64,000 bases of DNA, taken from the NCBI GenBank assembly GCA_964016885.1, contig OZ024742.1, forward strand, positions 263,748,001-263,812,000, in the 5' to 3' direction. The translations under genes and the position numbers were made by a program. Positions 1 through 14,184 of this stretch are shown here, one piece after another. This DNA is from Eledone cirrhosa (lineage: Eukaryota). The notes below the pieces were generated by a model. That model did no database searches. It worked only from the letters and a program-made list of their open reading frames with translations, and was not told the DNA's origin. Position 1 is the first letter of the stretch; every line of letters begins with the position of its first letter.

Positions 1-834
1 AAAATCAACTAGCCAATCTCTTCGGAAGAACTTTCGGGCCAGGGCCTATGGACAACTTCCAGAAATCTCTGGCCTGGCAGTGCTACCGAGGAGCCTTGCC
101 AGTTCGGGATAAACTCTACAGGCATGGAGGTGCCGTCAGCCGGGCATGTCCGAGATGCGCGCAGGGCGACGAAACCGTCCTGCACGCACTCGTCCAGTGT
201 CCGAAAATTGCTGACTTGTGGGTTTATGTCGAACACCTGCTGTCGCGTTTAGGACGGATCCGGCTATCATCTGAGTCCATCGTGAGGATTGCCCCGCCCT
301 CCTCCTTTAGCCGGGAAGGGCAGGCAGTTTTTATCTGCCTGGTGGCCATGGTGAAAGAGATAGTATGGTGGACACGTTTGAAAGGGCTGAAGACGAGCAC
401 TTACCTCTCCGGTGATGCTCTGATTGACTTTTTCAAATTTCATTTGAAAAGGAAAATCAGAGTAGAGAGGGAAGTGCTCTCTTCCCAGCATTTTGTTGAA
501 AGATGGGTGAGAGAAGCAAGAATGGCCCGAGTGAATGGGCCTACTCTGAGTATATATCTGTAAATTAAAGGTGGAAAACTGGGAGAGGGCACTTGCCTTG
601 GTGGTCAGGGTCATTGTGGCTTTTTACTGGGCTTTCACCACAAATGTCCCTCCGAAGTCTCCCCCCTATTGGGGAATTTTTCATTGTTATTTTTGTTACA
701 TCCTCTGTTTTTGTTTTTTTACACGCAGAAATGCCCATTTGTACCGTCCTGCATTGTCCTGCACTGTCCTTAATGTCTACTTTATGTAAACCCTTGTGGT
801 CAATAAAGAAATCATTATTATTATTATTATTATT
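1..834 (+). mobile_element. L1/Tx1-clade LINE 3' end (ORF2 C-terminus with zf-RVT, 3' UTR, AATAAA, (TTA)n tail)
   Basis: ORF 48-563 has CPRC..ETVLHALVQC; AATAAA at 802 followed by (TTA)n to 834; paralogous to 18040-19200. Confidence 0.9.
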
Positions 835-1254
835 GGCCACCTACGTAGTAAATCGTATCATCGTGAGCTCCGCAAAGGTTTGTTATTTCCGTTTGTTAAA
901 AATTGCCATTTATGGAAAATTTTTATTGTTAACTATATATAAGCGCACATACATTGTTTTCCGAAAAGGACACCCAAAAATATTGGGGCCTTGTGCCCAA
1001 TATTTAAACTTTTATGATTATCAAAAAATTTCTTTGAAAAAAAAATGGCTAATTCACCTTTGCACCAAGCAGCTGAAAGCCTTCCTCACAAATTAACACC
1101 TCACACCGACACCACCATTGTAAATGATACTACGTTTGCCAACACAAACAATTTAAGCACTAGCAATATTTTAAATTTGTCTCAGGCAGACATTCATTTC
1201 CCGCCATTACCAATGACTGCAGGTGTTAAAGCCGCCACCGCGACAACCACCACC

Positions 1255-1829
1255 TTGACTTAGATAGGCTTCATAGACGAGGACCCGGCTACTGGAAGCT
1301 AAACGCGTCCTTACCAGCGCGCAAGGCCTACAGAGACCGGATTAGCGAACTAGTTAAGCGGGCGTTGACGGGGGCCATCGTCAACAACAAGTGGTGGTTT
1401 GCTCTGAAAAGAGCAATCAGAATAGAGTCCATTAGGTTTAGTAAGGCTTTAGCAATAGAGAAAAATAGAGCAGAGGGAGAATTAGTTAGAAAATTAGACG
1501 AGGCGCTTTGCAAAGGCATCGCGACCGACGTACTTGCGGCGAAATTGGCCCTTGACCAATTCTTCAATGCAAAGCACGAAGGCTGCGTTGTCAGAGCTAG
1601 GGTGCGTGCTCTCAGACACGAGGGGACGAAAGCCGTTCAATGGGCCCGAGTGGCGGAGGCGCGTCGTGGCAACAAAGCCTCGATCCGGTCTTTGGTGGAC
1701 CACGATGGGCGCATGCTACTCGATCCCGGGCAAATGTGTGAAGCTTTTCAGCGACACTTCGCTCAACTGTTCGGGGGCAGTGGCGGGCCGGATCGAGGGA
1801 TGGACTTTAGTGTCTACCTCGACGGACTT
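1255..1829 (+). mobile_element. Tx1 LINE ORF2 internal fragment (endonuclease-RT linker)
   Basis: GPGYWKLN...GAIVNNKWW...FQRHFAQLFG matches the same region of the 19183-20994 ORF. Confidence 0.85.
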
Positions 1830-3742
1830 TTCTTAACTAAGTGTTATCCATATACAATCTTATTTTCTCACACAAAGCCGGTATTGATTCCCCGAACAAA
1901 ACATTAAAAGCACCCTTAAATCTGGTTTTGTTTCAACATAAAAAATATATAAAAAAACAAAACAAATAAAAAACAAAATAAACAAACGAAAGACATAAGC
2001 ACTGCTCATCTCAAGAAAACGCCATCGCACCTAATTCTCCTTAAGCATGAATATCACACAACCACAGCATTTGTAATTCAAATTGAGGACATATCAGTTT
2101 CAAGTAAAATTAGCGATTATAAAATGAAACTTTACCACTTAAATGTGAGAATAACTATTTCAAAATGAGAATAACACAACAGATTTGATTCTGATATTTT
2201 GAGAGACGAATGTTATAACATCATAACATCATTTGTAATGTCAACAATGTGAACTTGTCTGGTTAATTAGATATGGTTGTCAATTAAAATAACTTTAAAT
2301 TATACGAAAACTTCCAAACCAGATACGGGATTGCGAACGATTGGCGGAAGAGTCCGAAATATCTGATGTTAAAATTGAAATGATGCATGGCTGTGTTCCT
2401 GGCCCTGTGCTCTTCAACTCGGACCCTATTGCTATCACTCTTACCATGAACAGAGATATTAATTCAATTGGTGGTAGTCAAATCCGATATTGATCACACA
2501 CATAACCTAATAAATGGTGTTAGAAACACGCAAAAGACACACAAAGACGCACACACCCATGGAGATAACACAGAGAAACACACACAATCACATACACCCA
2601 GAGAACAACACGCAAACAGAAAAACACACACTGATGCACAGGCATACGCAAATATGCACAGACGTGCATACATACGCAGAAACACACAAACAGCCGGTAT
2701 ACACATACATACGAATACAGTCACACATATACAGTGTATCGTGATTTATACAAGCTAACATGCAAACTTACATAAGCAAACACGGTTTGACTGACTTACA
2801 AACTCGCTGTAATTTAACTGGAAAGGACATAACAGGCGTATATTGTAATTATATCTGCCTATCCATGCATACTTTCTGTGTAATATATCTCTCTCTCTAT
2901 ATATATATATTTGTGTATGCATGGATATGAATGTATGTATATATATATGTGTGTGTGTGTGTATATTTATGAATGTACGTCGAATTTGGGTAGAAAGCGT
3001 GTGAAGAAGAAGGAAAATATGAGAGCGAAAAGGAAAATATGAGACAGTGAGGGATAATGAGATTAATAGAATGACCAAAATTCAAAGTGGTCACCAATTA
3101 TATGTAAACTTGTCCTGTAGTATCCCTCCAACCTTGGGCAAAATTAATGGTGCACAATACTCAAGCAAATAGCTACAAATAGATAAGAAATTAGTACCAT
3201 GCACTTTACAGGGCATTGGATAACTCACCTGTAAAATTGTAGTTGATTAACTCAACTAGTTTTGTCTTATCGGGCAAAATTCTTGTTTATTACATTTGTA
3301 GCTTACTACCTTGCACTATTAACACACACGCACACACACATACACACATACACACGCACACGCACACACACATACACACACGCACGCGCACACGCACACG
3401 CACACACACGCACACACATACACGCACACACTCACACACACACACACGCACACATGCATACACACAAATATATAGATATATACATTAGGCTAGCAGCCAT
3501 TAATCGGCAGATAATCGGTATCAGCCATATAATCTATTTTCCTAATTAATCGGTATTAGCTTTAGAACTCCTAAATAGCCTTTACTGTGCTATTTGAACA
3601 GGAGATAAGAGTCGAATAAACTGATGTTAAAATGTTATCGACTGTTGGACAGTCTATCTAGACATAAGGGAGTAATCCATAGAGAATGTAGGACTGTAGG
3701 TCTCTTCAAAGTTTATCTAAAGCTAACGATGTTTATTTGCAG

Positions 3743-4762
3743 TTTCGGAAGTTCAAACTTGTAGAAGGGGATCGGATCGGGAAAAAAGGGTCGGAGTCAT
3801 TGGCTACTCGACATCATTTAAGTGACGATTTCACACTTCCTTGCAAGTGAGTTGCCTCTTTTTGTACAAAATGTTAGACATGTTTCAATTTTGAATTATA
3901 TACTGCATTACATTATTGCCTCACATTCATTTACTATAATCACCACATGTTTTGTCACCCTTTTTGTATGGCACACTTTGTAAGAGCCCTTGTCACTTAT
4001 CAATAAAGAAATTATCATTATTGTTATTATTATTGATGTCTCAAATCCCGCCGAGGTTAACTTTGCCTTTCATCCTTCCGGGGTCGATAGAATAAAGTAC
4101 CAGTAATGCATTGGGTAATTGCTGGCCTTGTGCCAAAAGTAGAAACAATTATTGATGTCGTTGTTGAAGTTTTTTTTTGTTGTTTTCATTATCCTTAGCG
4201 TTGTTATCATCACACCGATGTTTGAATTTTTAGATTAGCTTGTGCCTTATTCTTTATGGCAATATTTCATTTAGGCCTTTACTGATCGCAGTTCAAACTT
4301 GTAGGAACATGGTGGTTATGCAATATACAGAAATATTTTTCTTATCTCAAGAATATAAAGAAGACATTGTGAGTTAAAGATATGTTTGTATGAGAGTCGC
4401 TCAAATGGTTAAAATTGACTGACTATCTAAGTAACCATACCCCCACAAAAAACATGATATTCCTTTGAAGAGGCTTCTACGGTGTTAAAGTTTGCAAATT
4501 TCAAAATATTTGGGAAAGTTTTAAGTTGGGAGTGATTCACGAGAACTGTGTTTGTGTGAGATATAGTTCTACGTTTGAAGCATTTTCATATTAGTTGTTG
4601 CGTCATCGATTAACTTGAGCCAACTTTTCTAGCAATAATAATATGTCTGTTAAGCTAGTTCCAGCTTTCTCTTATGATCTGTGGTTTGTGTAGGACACAA
4701 ATCAGTGTGAAAAGCATGTATTTGTTATTACTTTCTCGGTACCAGAATATCAAGAAGATATT
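3743..4762 (+). other. Three candidate spliced exons (3743-3846, 4275-4368, 4694-4762)
   Basis: AG/GT(G/A)AG boundaries, CTAAC branch-like motif before the first, phases compatible and open when joined; no recognised homology. Confidence 0.25.
4041..4153 (+). mobile_element. tRNA-derived SINE family A, 5'-truncated
   Basis: Matches the 3' part of the copy at 9845 (tcaaatcccgccgaggttaac...gtagaaacaatt). Confidence 0.85.
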
Positions 4763-5714
4763 GTAAGGGAAATTATATCAACGTTTTCAACCGACCAGAT
4801 ATATTCCCCCTTGTTTCAAATAAGAGATAGTTGTGTTTGATCGTTTTTTTTTTTAATCGTTAGACTACTGACATCCTTATCTGACAATACAGTGAAGTTC
4901 CACATTGGCGAAAGAAATTGCGTTTCGATTTTGAATGTTGAATGTTGAAGGTTAAAAGAAAAGAAAGGATATATTTGAATGGTACTAATTGCCTCAAGAT
5001 ATTCTTAATAGGCTACCCGTCCCAAATATCCCATTGTCAAGCAGTGCTCCTCTTGTTAATTTAAAAACAGCCTCCATACCTTTGAAGAGGAGGGGATTGA
5101 AATTAGGTTTGATATTAAGAAAACAGAATTTATGAGTAAAGATATTTGAAGTCGAGAGTTTGCAACTAGTTATTGAACGGTGAGCGAGACATATCAGTCA
5201 ATTAAGTACTATATATATCTGGGGAGCTCAGATTAAAGAACACTTGAAGACTACCCAATATTCTATAGGACAGCAGAGTCAACTAACCAGCACATAAACC
5301 ATAACCATAGTTAATCGGGCAACTCAGTCATCAGGAACTCTCAGTTCTCTGGGCACCGTAGTCAACTTGACACAGCAATTAGTAGGATATCGTAGGATAT
5401 CACATCACATTTAGCAGGATACCAACCCACAACCCCATCAGGATAACACAGCCAAACAAGACATCAATCAAGTCAGTAGGATATCACACTTCAATTAGCA
5501 GGTTGCCTACCTACAACAACCAGGACAGCATAGACATCAGGACACTAATCCAACCAGAACGATAACACGTCATAGCATCACAGCACAAGTCACTCATCAT
5601 AGACAAATTCCACCTTTTTTAGTCGTAAATCGGCTCACTCTCTCCACACAACCACTTATTGAGTGTAAGCGTTGTCTAATTTCTAACTGAACGAATGCTT
5701 ACCGTTTCCTAGTC

Positions 5715-5997
5715 GAAATGCAAAACACACACATACCTACACAAACACAAACACATGCACAAACACATACACACATACACATACAAACACACATACACAA
5801 ACACACACACAGATACACACAGACAGACACACATACACACACACAAGTACACAAATACACACACACATACACATATACACACACACGCGCGCGTACACAA
5901 ACACACGTACATACACAAACACACATACACAAACACTCACAACCACATACACATACACACAAACACAGTCACGCAAAAAAAACACACACACACACAC
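5715..5997. repeat. Degenerate (CA)n microsatellite
   Basis: Seen directly; source of the His/Thr and Val/Cys ORFs. Confidence 0.95.
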
Positions 5998-7149
5998 TGC
6001 TCTCACGTGCGTTATCCCGAGCATCAAGATCAGTGCAAAACCATATAACCAACGACCTTCTCTTTTCATCCCGGTGGACAGTTATATGATTATATGACAT
6101 GGTTTGAAATGGCAACGAGTAATGACCCTTATGAAAGAATGTCATCTTTTGAAGGAATAATATGGCTGATCCTAGAGTGTCTTTCACGCTCTTTCTTGAT
6201 CTTTGTCAGATGAATAAAATAACTTTTTTCTTCTCCATCAACGCTGTTTGACACGATTCTGGCATTTCAACTGGTTACCGTTTCATTACAGCTGTTGTTA
6301 TTACAGCATCAGCAGCAGCAACAGTAGCAGCAATAGAAAGAGCAGCAGCAGCAAAAACTGCGACATCAACAGCAGCAACAACAACAGTAATGAATGTAGT
6401 AATAGTAGTAATGGTGTTATTTACTGCAGTTGTTATTACTATTGTGGCTGTACGTATTTAATTTTCATTGAGTTTGTTGTTGTTTCCAAGCCTGACCAAG
6501 CAGACGTATGTTCAACGATGTTCCAGTCATGAGCATCCCGTCTTTTTAGACAGTGTATATAAAACAGGCAACGGATTGGCAGAGTCGTTAGAACGTCGGA
6601 CAGAATGCTTTGCGGTATTCACTCCGGCTTTCTGCTTTCTAAGTTCAATAAAAGGTCCACTTTACCAAACAGTACCAGTCCATTACTGGGGTCAATTCTT
6701 CCTCTATATCTCTTTCTCACTTCATCTCTTTCACTTTCTATCATTTTCTAGAAGAAATCTGCTGTGTTCAAACCTAGAGAGGGATGAGCTCCGCCAGGCT
6801 TAAAATGCCCCTACGGTGCCCCTACGACTCCATCAGGAGTTAGGGACCATGCATGCATATAACTACAATCTCCGACTTTTTTTTTTCAAGACATGCATTA
6901 TTTAAAGAAAATTTGGTTACGATTTTCGGCAGGTCGAGCGACTGCATAGAGACTCCCCACGTTGGCTGACGTTATTGTTGAGGTTATTATGATTGTAATT
7001 GTGGCTTTTATTGTTTTTGCCGTCACTGTTATTCTTGTTACTGTTGTGGAGGTGGTGGTGGCAGAGTTACAGTTTGTTGTTATTTCGGCTGTTGTAGTTG
7101 TGTTTTGGTAGTTTTTGAGGTTATTGTTGTGATAGTTGTAATTGATATT

Positions 7150-7310
7150 GTTATTGATCACCTCTAATCGAGTATACTTCTGGTTTAAGGCATTCCAACC
7201 GTGACCATTCTACATTTTATTTTATTATGTAACATGTCCTTTTCTAGGACAGTAAGGTGGGATTTAAGGTAGGTTTGGCTGTTGCTTTTAGCTGGTCGAG
7301 CGACAACATA
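7150..7310 (-). mobile_element. Old dispersed SINE-like repeat (family D); related pieces near 6905, 9190-9560, 15190-15345, 37375-37640
   Basis: Shared motifs ggcattccagccgtgaccat and tttggctg..tttctagcaggtcgagcgac; usually abuts CAA/TAG triplet tracts. Confidence 0.6.
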
Positions 7311-7506
7311 TAATTGTTTCTACTTTAGGCACAAGGCCAGCAATTACCCAGTACATTACTGGTACTTTATTTTATCGACCCCGTAAGGATGAAAGGCAAA
7401 GTTAACCTCGGCGGGATTTGAACTCAGACTGTAAAGGGACGTAACTATGCTAGAAAGCATGGCGTCCAACCCTCTACCGATACTGCCAATTCACCGCCAA
7501 TTCACC
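7311..7506 (-). mobile_element. SINE family A, full length, 20-bp target-site duplication
   Basis: Pol III A box (tggcagtatcgg) and B box (gagttcaaatcc) on minus strand; gtcgagcgacaacatataat on both sides. Confidence 0.92.
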
Positions 7507-7630
7507 GTCGAGCGACAACATATAATACCCCACAATTAGTGCTTAGTTGTAATTCTTGTGCTGGTGTGATTGTTACATATGTTATTGCAATTAGTGTTGT
7601 TATTGCCATTGTCGCCGCCACCGCCGCCGT

Positions 7631-7632
7631 AA

Positions 7633-7689
<57 letters not shown>

Positions 7690-7692
7690 AGC

Positions 7693-7723
<31 letters not shown>

Positions 7724-7737
7724 TGTAGTAGTAGTAA
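7631..7737. repeat. (TAG)n microsatellite
   Basis: Seen directly. Confidence 0.95.
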
Positions 7738-8687
7738 ATACTGTTTCTTCGTGTTATTGTTGGCAGTTTTGAATGTTAATGTCACTGTTGTTTAACATTT
7801 GCTCAACTCTAATTAAACAGATCTATGATCGAATGCATTCTAGATGTGACCATTCCTCCTTTTTCCGGACATAACTCTGATATAATATATTTTGAATGAT
7901 ATGAATTGGTAGAGCGTCCGACAAGCTCTCTTCCAGGTTTTCGTTTCATTATTTTACGTTCTTAGAACTAATCTCGCCGGCGTCAACTTTGACTTCTATT
8001 CTTCCAGGGTCTCGATAAATTACCATTTTCTTTCTGCCCTATTATTAGGTCACAAATGACCCCTGCTGACAACATTGACAAAGGCCGCGTGTTATGGTAT
8101 TTTTATGGGAGACTACGAATGCGGAATTTCAATGCTTTTCACCGGGTGTGTAGTTTTCACAAGGAACCATCTTCTCTGTCAGCCGACTCAAACTGTAAGG
8201 AGTCTGAACAAATACTGCAGAGTATTTTGCCAAACGCCTTAACAATTTCGCGAGCCCAACTATCTGACCTGGCACTTTATTTGTGGATCTCAGAGGATGA
8301 AAGGTAAAGTTGGCCTCGGCAGAATTTGAACTCAAAGCCGAAAGAATACTGCTCACTTGGATTTTGTTTTGGAAGATTTACTCATTTTCCCGATTTAAGC
8401 TGGTCTAGTTACAACGCAAAAGCTACTTTACTATTCATTATTGCCAGTTCTTGATGCCACTGTTGAAACTTTTGTAATAATCGATGGCATTCTAGCCTAA
8501 TCTTAACGACTCCATTAGAGGCTACGGCTCAACACATGGAAGAAGAAAGGTACCGTCCATGAAAGTTTTCTGGCCTCCCTGAATAGTGGGAGGAATGTAC
8601 AACTAAAGTCAGATAAGAGCCAACTAGTGGTGTTAAACCGGCAGTTAAACAGAAACAGTTTACTCCCCACAAAAACAGGACCCGTCA

Positions 8688-8843
8688 TTCCGATGGGCTT
8701 CTACTTAGCTTCCGTCTACCAAGTCTCAATTTCAAAGCTTTAATCAGCTCGAGGTTAAGGTAGAAAGTGCCACAAACTGGAACAGAACCGGAAATTACAT
8801 AGTTGTGAGGCGAACATCTTAACCACGCAGTAGCCATGCCTGC
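8688..8843 (-). mobile_element. tRNA-derived SINE family B, degenerate
   Basis: Minus strand gcaggcatggct..gtggttaagatg..ccggttc..ttggtagacggaagct; related copy at 61620-61745. Confidence 0.65.
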
Positions 8844-9005
8844 TTTTGTTGTTGCAGTTGTTAGGTTCATTACTATATTTGTGTTACAACAGATGTTGCA
8901 GTTGTTTTTACTATAGATCAGGCTGTTATAGTTGTAGTTGTTTACATAACAGTAGGTGATACTATTGTTGTTGCTATAGTTACACTGTTTATCGTAGTTC
9001 TTCTT

Positions 9006-9033
9006 CAGCAGCAGTAGTAGTAGTAGCAGCAAC

Positions 9034-9071
<38 letters not shown>

Positions 9072-9104
9072 CAACAGCAGCAGCAGTAGTAGTAGTAGTA
9101 GTAA

Positions 9105-9140
<36 letters not shown>

Positions 9141-9147
9141 CAACAGC

Positions 9148-9186
<39 letters not shown>

Positions 9187-9451
9187 TGTTGTTAAGCTGT
9201 AGATCAACTCTGATCGAGGAGAATTATGGTCAAAGACATTCCAGCTGTCGCCATCTCGTCTTTTTATGGATATCTTATACTGTTATCTGTGTCTTCATTT
9301 TTTAAAGACAGCATAGTAGTATTTGAGAGCGAGAGGGGGTAGGGAGAGGGCTAGAGAGAGAGAGACAGAGAGAGAGGGAGAGAGATAGAGAGAGGGAGAG
9401 AGGGAGAGGGAGATAGAGAGAGAGAGGGAGAGAGAGAGGGAGAGAGGGGGA

Positions 9452-9518
<67 letters not shown>
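9006..9518. repeat. (TAG)n tract 9006-9190 and (GA)n tract ~9325-9518
   Basis: Seen directly. Confidence 0.95.
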
Positions 9519-9521
<3 letters not shown>

Positions 9522-9844
9522 TGGCGACTGCTATTTACCTCTAGGAGGTCGAGCGTTCGTAGTTGTCAACTTGCGTGTTGTTGTTTTCTCTTTTACTTTA
9601 ATTACTTGCAATGGACCAGTGTCAGTGACCAGGTCACAAAGAGCGCAACGAAAGTTTCAACACCAATAAAATATTGCTAAATATAATGTGAATGTTATAG
9701 TTTTTGTGTATTTTTGAATGGTAAACGGATCTTCCACGATGTGCTTTAATAGTTGAGATAACCGAAAATGTACCTCAACAGTGGTAGACTCCCATTTCGA
9801 CATGTGATATCTCCTTTAGAGCTGTGTCTGTATTAATTACATAG

Positions 9845-10033
9845 GGCGGTGGATTGGCAGTATCGGTAGAGGGTCTGGCGCCATGCTTTGCAGCAAAGAG
9901 TTACGGCCCTTTATGGTCTGAGTTCAAATCCCGCCGATGTTAACTTCGCCTTTCATCCTTACGGAGTCGATAAAATAAAGAACCAGTAATACACTGGGAT
10001 AATTGCTGGCCTTGTGCCAAAAGTAGAAACAAT
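9845..10033 (+). mobile_element. SINE family A, full length
   Basis: A/B boxes; TSD attaattacatag on both flanks. Confidence 0.92.
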
Positions 10034-10123
10034 TAATTACATAGTCCGTATTAATACATAGTCAGCATTCGACATAGAAGAAATTATTTGACTCCGTGTC
10101 TGGACCACAAGATCTACACCACA

Positions 10124-10165
<42 letters not shown>

Positions 10166-10166
<1 letters not shown>

Positions 10167-10449
10167 GACGAGGGTATAAATGCCAGGTTGGTATCTGGCG
10201 CCGGGTAACCCACCACACGGAGGAGAAAGCACCTTCTTCAAGACTTGGCTGTCAAATTCTTTCACATGTGTGTAGTAGTGGCGCCCATACACATTATTAG
10301 CTATTTGAAAAGATGATGGATTTCGCAACTGACTGCACCAGGGTTCCTGTTCCTCAGGGAACCGCACTATATGGGGGACAGGGAGTTCTGGGGCATGAGA
10401 GTGAGATCCATCATCTCGACAGTAGTCGAAGAATGATGATGATGATGAC
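10166..10449 (+). mobile_element. Short non-coding RTE-like retroposon inserted in a (CTA)n tract
   Basis: GC-richer island between CTA tracts; 3' hairpin catcatctcgac-agta-gtcgaagaatgatg and (TGA)n tail. Confidence 0.5.
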
Positions 10450-10549
10450 TACTACTACCTCCACCACCACCACCACCACCACCACCACCACCACTACTAC
10501 TACTACTACTAATACTACCACCACCACCACCACCACCACCACTACCACC

Positions 10550-10583
<34 letters not shown>

Positions 10584-10609
10584 ATACTACCACCACCACC
10601 ACCACCACC

Positions 10610-10643
<34 letters not shown>

Positions 10644-10787
10644 ATACTACCACCACCACCACCACCACCACCACCACCACTACCACCACCACCACCACTA
10701 CTACTACTACTATTACTAATACTACCACCACTACCACTACTACCACCACCACTACTAATTCTACCACCACCACTATTACCACCACCG

Positions 10788-10851
<64 letters not shown>

Positions 10852-10914
10852 CACCACTACCCCCCACCAATACTACTACCACCACTACCACCACCACTAA
10901 TACCACCACCACCG

Positions 10915-10986
<72 letters not shown>
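10449..10986. repeat. Compound (CTA)n/(CCA)n microsatellite with higher-order repetition
   Basis: Seen directly; poly-Thr/Gly/Ser ORFs are artefacts. Confidence 0.95.
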
Positions 10987-11677
10987 TCAACACCACCGCC
11001 AGCAACAACGCCTCTATCATCATAATTACCATAAAAGCCATTTCAAACGCCACAACGATAACTGTTCCCACTACCACCACTACCACCACTGCTGCCACAC
11101 ATAGAACCCCACTGTAAACACCCAATACTACACCTTGACCACTACCAACAGATTACTGTACACCGACATCATATTTCCCATGTCTTCTCTGGAAAATCTA
11201 ATTACAGTTTAATTAACCAAATCATTGAGGCAGACACCTTAAAAGAATTACATGAAATTACCTCAAATTTATTCTTGTCGACATATCACCATATAATTAT
11301 TACGTGTCATGTTGTATCGCTCTGTTTCTAGTTCCGTACCACTCCGTCTGTTTCCGTCTTACTCCGTTATATTTCGTCCAATTCCATCAATTATATTTAT
11401 TTTTCACTATTGCACTGCTCGCTCATTAGCTAACCCGGCTACAACTTTCTTCGTGTTCTTTTCTCTCTCACCCCACCCGACATCACCTCAACTTTATTTT
11501 CTATCACTCCTCTTCACTCTGTTAATATGTCTTCCTCATTCAGCCATATTCAATCCTCTTTCTCTTTACCCACTCCGATTATTCCGTTTCATCCCCGATT
11601 CCCTTCATTCAATCCCGCCTTTCTTTCTATCACTCACCACCCGTCTTCCTCTTATCGTTTTTATTATTTTGTTTCCC

Positions 11678-12122
11678 ATAGAGTTACGCCCCTTTACGTT
11701 CTGAGTTCAAATCCCACCGAGGTAAACTTTCATCCTTACGGGGTCGATAAAATAAAGTACCAGTAATGCACTGGGATAATTGCTGGCCTTGTGCCAAAAG
11801 TAGAAACAATTATTAATATGCTTCCTTGCTCCTCTCATCGATTCTCTTCGCTTCATCCCGCTGCAATATCCATCTCACACTGATTTCTCCGCTTCACTCC
11901 GCTGCACATCACTGTTGTCCTCATTCACCACATCTTTAGGCTCTATCGGTAGAAGGTTGGACGCCATGCTTTGCAGCATAGAGTTACGTCCCTTTATAAT
12001 CTGAGTTCAAATCCTGCCGAGGTTAACTATGCATTTCAACTTTACAGTACGGGGTAGATAAAATAAAGTACCAGTAATGCACTCGGATAATTGCTGGCCT
12101 TGTGCCAAAAGTAGAAACAATT
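11678..12122 (+). mobile_element. Two SINE family A copies (11678-11813, 11945-12122)
   Basis: Match to the 9845 copy including the B box and gtagaaacaatt end. Confidence 0.88.
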
Positions 12123-13115
12123 CTATGATCTTCTCGCTTATCACTTCTCTCTATATCCATGCCCCCTACTCTTTCCCCTTCCTCCAACTCATTCATCTCC
12201 ATCACACTTATCAGCAATTTCGTCCCTGCTGTTCCTACCTTGATATTTCCCTCTATCATTGCTTGTGTCACTCTTCCGCACTCCACTTCCCATTGATTAC
12301 CTTCTTCTCTCCTTCAACTACGCCATGCTAATTACCCACTCTGATTCTCCATCCCTTCCTTCGCCTCATCGACCTCTACTTCTTAAATGTCCATCTAAAC
12401 AGCCACCAACATTCCCATCAGTTCCTCTCCAAATACAATAAAAAACCCCAACAAAACTGAAACAAACGAACTTCCTCCGTCTAACACACCTTTGCCCCAG
12501 CCTTCCCTACACCAATGCCACCCACCAGTTTTTTAAATCTTCATCCTACCCTGCAACTCTTGATCATCTACTCCTTCACTGTCTAACTAATACAGTTGCA
12601 AGTCCGGCCTCAAGCAAATTCAACACGAAGACGTGGTGCGGTGATTGGGCAACTGGAAATGAATCGCATCGTTTTGCATTTAAATGTCTTAATTAGTGCT
12701 CTCCAACAGGGCTTACTAGTTGAGGCATACCGTAATGTATGACGTGGGAGGCACAGCGACATCTTTAGATAGATAAACAAAAAGAGAAAACTTAAGAGAG
12801 AGAGAGAGAGAGAGATTGGTGAGAAAGAGAGTGAGCAGGGAGACATATATACATATATAGTGAAAGGAATTTATTATAATCTAAAGAAACCATTATTATT
12901 ATCAAGTCATGGAGTGTACTGGAAAAAACTCGATATGTGTGCCAAATGTGTTTATTTGTTGAGAATTAGAATGTAGTTTCCAAATAATCAAAGAAAAAGT
13001 CAGTGTATTACATCATTGTATTGATTATTTTGTTACTGTAATATATATTTCAGTGGTATTGTGTGATATGTATCGGGCGGATACTTACTGATGTTACTCT
13101 TCCAAGACCCACCTG

Positions 13116-13167
<52 letters not shown>

Positions 13168-13583
13168 GTGTGTGTATATGTGTGTGTTTGTGTGTGTGTA
13201 TGTGAGGAGTGTTTGTGTATGTGTAAATATACATATGTACATATATATTTATCTATATATTAGCAGTTTAGCGTATGCATTATTAGTGGTTTCATATACA
13301 TAAGATACATCTAATTCCGTCATACAAGGGCCTCCATTGTTGGTTTCGGCCACTTGGTGATGTTGGATTGTCAGTGACAAGAAATCTTTTTTGACGCATA
13401 CTACATAGGGACATAGGCCACCTGATTGCGCAATCAAGTCTGGCAGACCAATGATATTAATGAGTGGTTAATTGTTTGTATCTACTCCTGCCTAGATAAT
13501 ATTACTTCCACCATAGTAAGCTACAACAGAAGAAAACATACATCTATGCAGATACTCAGACTTACCAGTCTGCAACTTCCGAA

Positions 13584-13665
13584 ATACTATTAACTGTTCT
13601 CTTGGAGAATGCTGACTCCCAATGGCTCTGGTCTATAGAGCCACGTTCACATCATCAGATAGTAT
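13584..13665 (-). ncRNA. Type I hammerhead ribozyme motif (A14>G variant)
   Basis: Minus strand: atactat-CTGATGA-[branched helix II]-GAGA-acagtt-a-atagtat; perfect 7-bp helix I. Confidence 0.6.
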
Positions 13666-13736
13666 CTAGGGGAACTATTACAGGCCTAACAGCTAATGGT
13701 TTCACCTAGTACACACACTGTTTCAAGAACACATTC

Positions 13737-13867
<131 letters not shown>

Positions 13868-14184
13868 GCATGCTCAACACACTCTCACACCCCCAATCTT
13901 ACAACCCTTTAGATAACTTAGAATACTTATTCTTAAATTTTTCATTCACAAATGAAATAATGTTTCACTTAATATCTGGATTCTTCTGGGATAAAGCCAT
14001 TAACGCTCGTGCCTGTCCAGGGATAGCATGATAGCATTTCTTGTTATACTTTCGAGATGTATAACATAAACTACCGGTAATATACATGGCCAGTCATAAA
14101 TCGTTGTGTCAACGTTCTAAACTATATGGCTTTTTCTCAATGTGAGAAGACATGATTATTTTATGACGTTAACTCATGTCATAT

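Noticed and set aside
4880-5660. Possible solo LTR with diverged ~85-bp internal duplication (5390-5555)
   Set aside because: No convincing TG..CA ends with TSD, PBS or PPT
9845-9935. tRNA genes at SINE heads
   Set aside because: A/B boxes present but no acceptor stem or cloverleaf; multi-copy with tails and TSDs
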